Below, one piece after another: positions 7,008 through 10,806 of a DNA stretch of 10,806 nucleotides. Under the pieces are notes generated by a model, which searched no databases, was not told the DNA's origin, and saw nothing but the letters and a program-made list of their open reading frames with translations. The stretch lies in IMG/VR virus record IMGVR_UViG_3300049255_000405; one strand, written 5' to 3'. This DNA comes from a virus. Position numbers and translations under genes: made by a program. Each line of letters starts with the position of its first letter. Within the stretch, counting starts at the first letter, position 1.

Positions 7008-9049
7008 CAGGCGCTCACGATCTCGTTTCCGTAGAGGTCCTGCACTCCGTAGATATCAAGAGAGTATTGGGCTTTGGCCATTCCGATGACGTTGATGCTC
7101 AGAACTCTATCGTCGACCCACTCCGAGCCCTTCGTCAACAGTCCCGGTGGCCCAGTAATGACGATGTCCGCCGGCGTGAGTGCGGCCGGGCGGATGGGTT
7201 TAGAGAAGTAGACTTGCACGGCGTCCTGCTCCCAGCGAACACCATTGTTCGTATCGACTACGCCAATCTTCGGGATGGCCGACGCTACGAATGGAGGCGG
7301 CTCCACACCGATGAAGGGAGCCTGGATCATGAACCTCCTCGGCACGGTGCCGTTCCTCACGTCGATGAAGGAATACTGCGATTGCGCCTTCACCTGATAG
7401 GCCGCACCGTTGAGCATCCCGAGGTCGATCTGAAGAGTGTCGTAGAGTTTGGCCGAGTAGAGCGACACGCCAGCGGAATTGTGAACGCCCACGTTCACGT
7501 TGTGCGCCGTGAACGAGTTGGTCAGCCGCTCGAGAAGCAGAACGGCGGAGGGGAGGTCCGTCGCGTACCGCATCCGGACCAAGTTCGGATCCGGATAGTT
7601 GTGGTAGACAGTCGAGCTGGCGTGGTCGAGGTAGATGTCGCGCACGCGGTTGACTGCGGCGATGGCCGAAGCGAGACTGGCTACCGGGAATTCGCTCGGC
7701 AAGAAGTAGTTGATGAAGTCGGGTTGCACATGTCCCGCGCCGTACGGCGTCGTGATGTGCTGATTGTACGACTGCATCAGGTCGGTGACGGCCAGAACGA
7801 GAGCCTGGATGGAAGCGGTGACGTCGGCTCCGTCTGTAGGAACAGCGCTCGTTGGTCCAAGCACTGAAAGACTTTGGAGTGCCGGAAGCTGGATTCCCTG
7901 CGAGAATCGGAAACCCGCTTGTTGCGGGATCACCTGAGTGCCGACCACACGAGGCGGCGTCGCCAGAGGAAGAACTGAAATGCTGCCTGTGTAATCACCA
8001 GGATTCGTTGTACGAGCGAGATCTTCGCTTTGAATTTGCGCAGTCAGCTGGTACGACGGATTCGGGCTCGTCGCCGCGACCTCCACCTGGGCGAAATACG
8101 TGCAGGTATCCACCGCCGGGAACGCGAGGCCGTCCTGTGCCGAACTCCAATCGCGCACCGACTTGATGACCACGGGCGAACCGTTGGACGTCACCGTCCA
8201 GTTCGCGGTGTTGATGACCTCAGCATGGGCCATCGTGCAGCTGAAGAACACGTTGATGAAGGCGCGGTTGTACCCGCTGGGTGCGTCGGAAACGCTGTCG
8301 ACCCATGCATCGATGATCTGCGGCTGGCTGAGGACAGCGTATGTGTAAGGCTGCGGTGCCCGCAAAGTCAGTGACAGAGGGATAGTAGCCTGCACTTGAT
8401 TGTACGACCCGTCGACCACGTCCGCGAACGAGATGGTGTAGCTCGAGGCTGTGTCCATCGCCGGATTCAGCTCGAACCGAAGGACGTTGGCCGGGAACGA
8501 TCCATCCCACGGAATGCGGGTCATGGGTTGAGGTGTCCCTCCCATTGCCGCCTGGATGGTCGCTGTGCACGCTGGAGAACTCGGACCTACGGACCGGTCG
8601 AAATAGATGTCGACCATATTCCGGAGCGAGAGAAACGCTCCGATGGCCAGAGGAGGGTTCGGCACGTTTGCCCGAAAGTTTCCAGCACTCGGAGTCACAC
8701 TGTTGCCATCTGGACTCGTGACGCCGACGATGGAGAGCGCGTAGACCGTCTGGAATGTGAGCGACTGATTGAGCGTGAGGGCGACGGACCTATGGTCCGC
8801 GTCGTAGAAAGAGACGGTGACTACGACCGGGACGTAGTTCGGGACCGGGCCGCTGACGGCGAGCATCGAGTAAGCGCCCGGTTGAAGGGCGGACTCGTCA
8901 ACTTGGTCGTCGAACTGAACTCGAATAGTTCGCTGATCAAGCACGTGCGGTGTGAACCCGAACGGCAGAGGCGGAAACTGGCCGATACCGCCAAGAACGA
9001 TCTTGCCTAGCTGGCTACCGGCGCCTCCGAGCTGTCCAGTGAACGGCAT
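7007..9049 (-). CDS. 680-aa protein with four bacterial Ig-like (SbsA/Big_5-like) domains and three copies of the His-pair repeat; putative fibre/baseplate-associated structural protein
   Basis: Complete ORF. AAGGTG Shine-Dalgarno 4 nt upstream of the ATG. Only 11 nt after the stop of the collagen-like gene. Its stop overlaps the next start (TGATG). No signal peptide (MPFTGQLGGAGSQLGKIVLGG...). Confidence 0.85.
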   Translation of the reverse strand: MPFTGQLGGAGSQLGKIVLGGIGQFPPLPFGFTPHVLDQRTIRVQFDDQVDESALQPGAYSMLAVSGPVPNYVPVVVTVSFYDADHRSVALTLNQSLTFQTVYALSIVGVTSPDGNSVTPSAGNFRANVPNPPLAIGAFLSLRNMVDIYFDRSVGPSSPACTATIQAAMGGTPQPMTRIPWDGSFPANVLRFELNPAMDTASSYTISFADVVDGSYNQVQATIPLSLTLRAPQPYTYAVLSQPQIIDAWVDSVSDAPSGYNRAFINVFFSCTMAHAEVINTANWTVTSNGSPVVIKSVRDWSSAQDGLAFPAVDTCTYFAQVEVAATSPNPSYQLTAQIQSEDLARTTNPGDYTGSISVLPLATPPRVVGTQVIPQQAGFRFSQGIQLPALQSLSVLGPTSAVPTDGADVTASIQALVLAVTDLMQSYNQHITTPYGAGHVQPDFINYFLPSEFPVASLASAIAAVNRVRDIYLDHASSTVYHNYPDPNLVRMRYATDLPSAVLLLERLTNSFTAHNVNVGVHNSAGVSLYSAKLYDTLQIDLGMLNGAAYQVKAQSQYSFIDVRNGTVPRRFMIQAPFIGVEPPPFVASAIPKIGVVDTNNGVRWEQDAVQVYFSKPIRPAALTPADIVITGPPGLLTKGSEWVDDRVLSINVIGMAKAQYSLDIYGVQDLYGNEIVSA
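7010..7228 (-). other. C-terminal Ig-like domain of the 680-aa protein
   Basis: VQVYFSKPIRPAALTPADIVITGPPG...VLSINVIGMAKAQYSLDIYGVQDLYGNEI. The classic SbsA_Ig-type ending is ...V-x-D-L-x-G-N. Confidence 0.45.
7460..7828 (-). repeat. Three His-pair repeats in the 680-aa protein (residues about 408-530)
   Basis: DVTASIQALVLAVTDLMQSYNQHITTPYGAGHVQPD / FPVASLASAIAAVNRVRDIYLDHASSTVYHNYPD / DLPSAVLLLERLTNSFTAHNVNVGVHNSAG. This is the same family as in the giant protein, and the first-His spacing is 45 and 40 aa. Confidence 0.65.
8054..8923 (-). other. Three tandem Ig-like domains (SbsA_Ig/Big_5-like) in the 680-aa protein
   Basis: RVQFDDQVDESAL...VTVSFYDADHRSVALTLNQSLTFQTVYALSIVGVTSPDGNSV; VDIYFDRSV...WDGSFPANVLRFELNPAMDTASSYTISFADVVDGSYNQV; INVFFSCTMAHAEVINTANWTVTSNGSPVVIKSV...CTYFAQVEV. 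These follow the V-x-V-x-F-S-x-x-V ... T-Y-T-V-x-V ... D-x-x-G-N pattern of bacterial Ig-like domains. Confidence 0.45.
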
Positions 9050-9053
9050 AAGG

Positions 9054-9059
9054 CACCTT
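9054..9059 (-). promoter_or_regulatory. Shine-Dalgarno AAGGTG for the 680-aa gene
   Basis: Minus-strand sequence TAG-TAAGGTGCCTT-ATG: stop of the collagen-like gene, SD, 4-nt spacer, start. Confidence 0.55.
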
Positions 9060-9060
9060 A

Positions 9061-10686
9061 CTAGAAGGTAGCGATCAGCATCCAGTCATTTTGCCCGTCG
9101 CTGACAAACATGTAGGAGGTGCGTGAACTGACGGGTGTGAACGAGAGCCCAGTCTGCCCGTCCATTGTGTCCGCCCCGGTTGGAACCAAGCCGACTGCAT
9201 TCGTCGAGGTCGCGATGGCCTTGACCACGATGGGAATGCCGTAGTAGAGAGCGGCCTCAGGGAAGAGGACGTTGACCGGCTGGTGCGTGGAATTCACGCG
9301 CACGATCTGTCCGGGCTCCGCAAGGACAGTGATCGCCGATTGCTCAGGCGTGGGGGAATAGCTGGTGTTGATGGGCCCGGTGACGCCTTGCGGTCCCTGA
9401 ATACCCGTAGCACCGATGGGCCCTTGAGGACCTGTGGCGCCTTGCGGTCCAGTCGGTCCGATGGCACCCTGAGGACCAATATCGCCGGTCGGGCCCTGTA
9501 CACCAGTGGCTCCCGGGGGCCCGCCAAAAGGACCAGTTGGTCCTTGATCTCCCTGCGGCCCCGTGGCACCCGCAGGTCCGGTCGGACCCGTCGCGCCCGT
9601 GAGACCCTGGTTTCCTTGGGGGCCCTGGACGCCGGTCGCGCCTTGCGGGCCGGTCGCCCCAACAGGGCCAGTTGGCCCGAGAGGGCCGGTGAATCCGATA
9701 GGCCCGGGAGTCCCTTCGATACCCTGGACGCCGGTCGCTCCTTGGGGTCCCGTCGCACCTTGCGGGCCGACTGCACCCGTAGGGCCGGGCGGACCACCGA
9801 ATGGGCCGGTGGGTCCTTGCGGACCAGCGGAGCCCGTTGGTCCGGCAGGCCCTGCAGGGCCTGTTGCACCAGCTTGACCGGTTCCCTCGAGCGCAATGGC
9901 TGAAAGGTTGCCCGCGTCGAACTGGATTTGGTTGCCACCTACGCTTCGCCACTGGACTTTGACGGTATACGTCCCGGCGGGAAGTTGAGTGCTAACAAAG
10001 TTGTTCGAGACAATTGCGGCTTCGTTAGTGTTCACCTCATTGCGCCGAATCTCCGAGCTAAGTTGCCCGTCGATGTAGAGAATGATGCCGATGGACTCCG
10101 TGGTGCTAATCTGCTCCCACTGGATATCGGTTTGAGCGTAAATAGCGCAAGTTGCGCTGGTCGTAATAGTCGTGCCGAGCCCAGGAACATCGACAAACGA
10201 CGTCGACGTAGTTGTGGCGGGCCCGACTGCAGATGCGTAGGCAGAATCGATCGGGTTGTTCGGACCTGCAGGCCCTGTAGCGCCATCAGCCCCGGTGGCT
10301 CCCGGGATACCCTGCGGCCCCTGGATTCCCTGCGGACCCTGAGGGCCAGTGGAGCCCTGCGGACCGATTGCCCCGGTTGGTCCCTGGACACCGGTGGGCC
10401 CGATGGTGCCCTCGACGAAATTGGTCAGAGCGCCAGCAGTCAAAACGTGAGTGACAGTCGCTCCCGGGAGGTGCTGAGCCGGAGGCGTGTTCTCGATGCC
10501 GCGGATGACAGAGAAGACGCTGCCCTGAATACCCGTCACCAGCATCAACTCGTTGTCGATGCGGATGCGGAACTGCGGCGCCGGCGGGAACTGGGTGACG
10601 TTCGTCGTCTGGACGTAGTTCGTCACTGCGTCCAGCGGCAGCTGCAGAGTCCCCTGGGCTGTGTTGGCAAATTGCTCTTGGGCCAT
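9061..10686 (-). CDS. Collagen-like triple-helix repeat fibre protein, 541 aa. Layout: N-terminal domain, G-X-Y tract 1, globular beta-rich domain, G-X-Y tract 2, C-terminal domain
   Basis: Long runs of uninterrupted Gly-X-Y triplets rich in P/Q/T/A ([47 protein letters not shown] and a second tract of about 170 aa). Complete ORF with ATG. No signal peptide. Confidence 0.9.
   Translation of the reverse strand: MAQEQFANTAQGTLQLPLDAVTNYVQTTNVTQFPPAPQFRIRIDNELMLVTGIQGSVFSVIRGIENTPPAQHLPGATVTHVLTAGALTNFVEGTIGPTGVQGPTGAIGPQGSTGPQGPQGIQGPQGIPGATGADGATGPAGPNNPIDSAYASAVGPATTTSTSFVDVPGLGTTITTSATCAIYAQTDIQWEQISTTESIGIILYIDGQLSSEIRRNEVNTNEAAIVSNNFVSTQLPAGTYTVKVQWRSVGGNQIQFDAGNLSAIALEGTGQAGATGPAGPAGPTGSAGPQGPTGPFGGPPGPTGAVGPQGATGPQGATGVQGIEGTPGPIGFTGPLGPTGPVGATGPQGATGVQGPQGNQGLTGATGPTGPAGATGPQGDQGPTGPFGGPPGATGVQGPTGDIGPQGAIGPTGPQGATGPQGPIGATGIQGPQGVTGPINTSYSPTPEQSAITVLAEPGQIVRVNSTHQPVNVLFPEAALYYGIPIVVKAIATSTNAVGLVPTGADTMDGQTGLSFTPVSSRTSYMFVSDGQNDWMLIATF
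9373..9885 (-). repeat. Collagen-like G-X-Y tract 2 (about 57 triplets, residues about 268-438) with two one-residue register 'stutters' ([11 protein letters not shown])
   Basis: [43 protein letters not shown]...[32 protein letters not shown]...[11 protein letters not shown]. The GPF-GGP-PG motif occurs twice, about 91 residues apart, as part of an internal duplication. Each occurrence shifts the Gly register by one residue. Confidence 0.85.
9886..10260 (-). other. Globular beta-rich domain between the collagen tracts (possibly C1q/TNF-like, as in BclA-type collagen-like proteins)
   Basis: [125 protein letters not shown]. It shows alternating hydrophobic beta-strand character. Its position, interrupting a collagen stalk, is unusual. 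Confidence 0.35.
10261..10404 (-). repeat. Collagen-like G-X-Y tract 1 (about 16 triplets, residues about 95-142)
   Basis: [50 protein letters not shown]. Confidence 0.85.
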
Positions 10687-10706
10687 TTTGCACCCGCGCA
10701 GGGCGG

Positions 10707-10725
10707 TTATTCACAGGTGCAATAA
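10707..10725. promoter_or_regulatory. AT-rich imperfect inverted repeat TTATT-N9-AATAA in the intergenic region upstream of the collagen-like gene; candidate promoter or operator element
   Basis: On the transcribed strand: CTTATTGCACCTGTGAATAAC, 35-55 nt upstream of the ATG at 10686. It is the only AT-rich patch in an otherwise GC-rich region. TTGCAC is a 4/6 match to a -35 hexamer. Confidence 0.25.
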
Positions 10726-10735
10726 GAGCCCCAGA

Positions 10736-10806
10736 CTAGAAATCGCTGCTGTGATCTTCTCCGACCACTTGCTTGGCCCGTTTGAAGCCCGCGGTGTCCA
10801 ACCCGG
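10736..10806 (-). CDS. Possible 3' end of an upstream co-directional gene (C-terminus ...GLDTAGFKRAKQVVGEDHSSDF-stop); an alternative frame ends at 10711
   Basis: Two of three minus-strand frames stay open from the window edge. One runs to TAG at 10736..10738 and the other to TGA at 10711..10713. There is no way to choose between them without upstream sequence. Confidence 0.2.
   Translation of the reverse strand, partial: GLDTAGFKRAKQVVGEDHSSDF

Noticed and set aside
9283-10725. Multiple ORFs on both strands across the collagen-like gene (9283..9903 +, 9294..9938 -, 9344..9952 -, 9563..9877 +, 9928..10725 +, 10032..10391 -, 10286..10714 -)
   Set aside because: GGN/CCN-rich collagen coding sequence is open in most frames. 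Their translations are Pro/Arg/Gly-rich low-complexity strings. Only the frame that gives perfect Gly-X-Y periodicity is credible.
1-10806. Eukaryotic giant-virus origin (collagen-like repeats and many N-x-S/T sequons in high-GC DNA, as in pandoraviruses)
   Set aside because: Canonical Shine-Dalgarno sequences (GGAGG, AAGGTG) sit at proper spacing. The TGATG translational coupling and near-zero intergenic distances indicate a prokaryotic or phage expression context.
1-10806. CRISPR arrays, tRNA/rRNA genes, IS elements, nucleotide-level tandem repeats
   Set aside because: No regularly spaced direct repeats, no tRNA-like cloverleaf candidates, and no transposase- or integrase-like ORFs seen. 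The repeats present are protein-level only.

Overview
This is a high-GC window in which every supportable gene is on the minus strand, tightly packed as one co-directional module. I could not place the source taxon, and no rRNA, tRNA, CRISPR array, transposase or integrase is visible.

Genes, in transcription order (descending coordinates):
- a possible 3' end of an upstream gene at about 10736..10806 (low confidence);
- a 541-aa collagen-like fibre protein (10686..9061), with two Gly-X-Y tracts flanking a globular beta-rich domain;
- a 680-aa protein (9049..7007) with several bacterial Ig-like domains that resemble the SbsA/Big_5 family;
- a giant 2080-aa protein (7007..765) that begins on a TGATG stop/start overlap with the 680-aa gene;
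- a previously unlisted gene (693..1, partial) that I found by translating the minus strand by hand. It starts with a strong GGAGG ribosome-binding site.

None of the four N-termini looks like a signal peptide. The tight coupling and the fibre, lectin and Ig domain content make a phage or prophage virion fibre and host-recognition module the best reading. A non-classical cell-surface adhesin system remains possible.

The most notable signal is an apparently undescribed tandem repeat of about 40-48 aa with an invariant pair of histidines (consensus roughly D-L-P-S/T-A-L-I-x-L-x-N-x-L-K/R-x-x-F/Y-N-x-H-x(4-9)-G-V/I-H-x(2-4)-D). It occurs about 15 times in three blocks in the giant protein and 3 more times in the adjacent 680-aa protein. 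In the giant protein the repeats are interleaved with three motifs that resemble the LamG/concanavalin-like lectin family.

All long plus-strand ORFs are antisense artifacts of GC-rich coding DNA.
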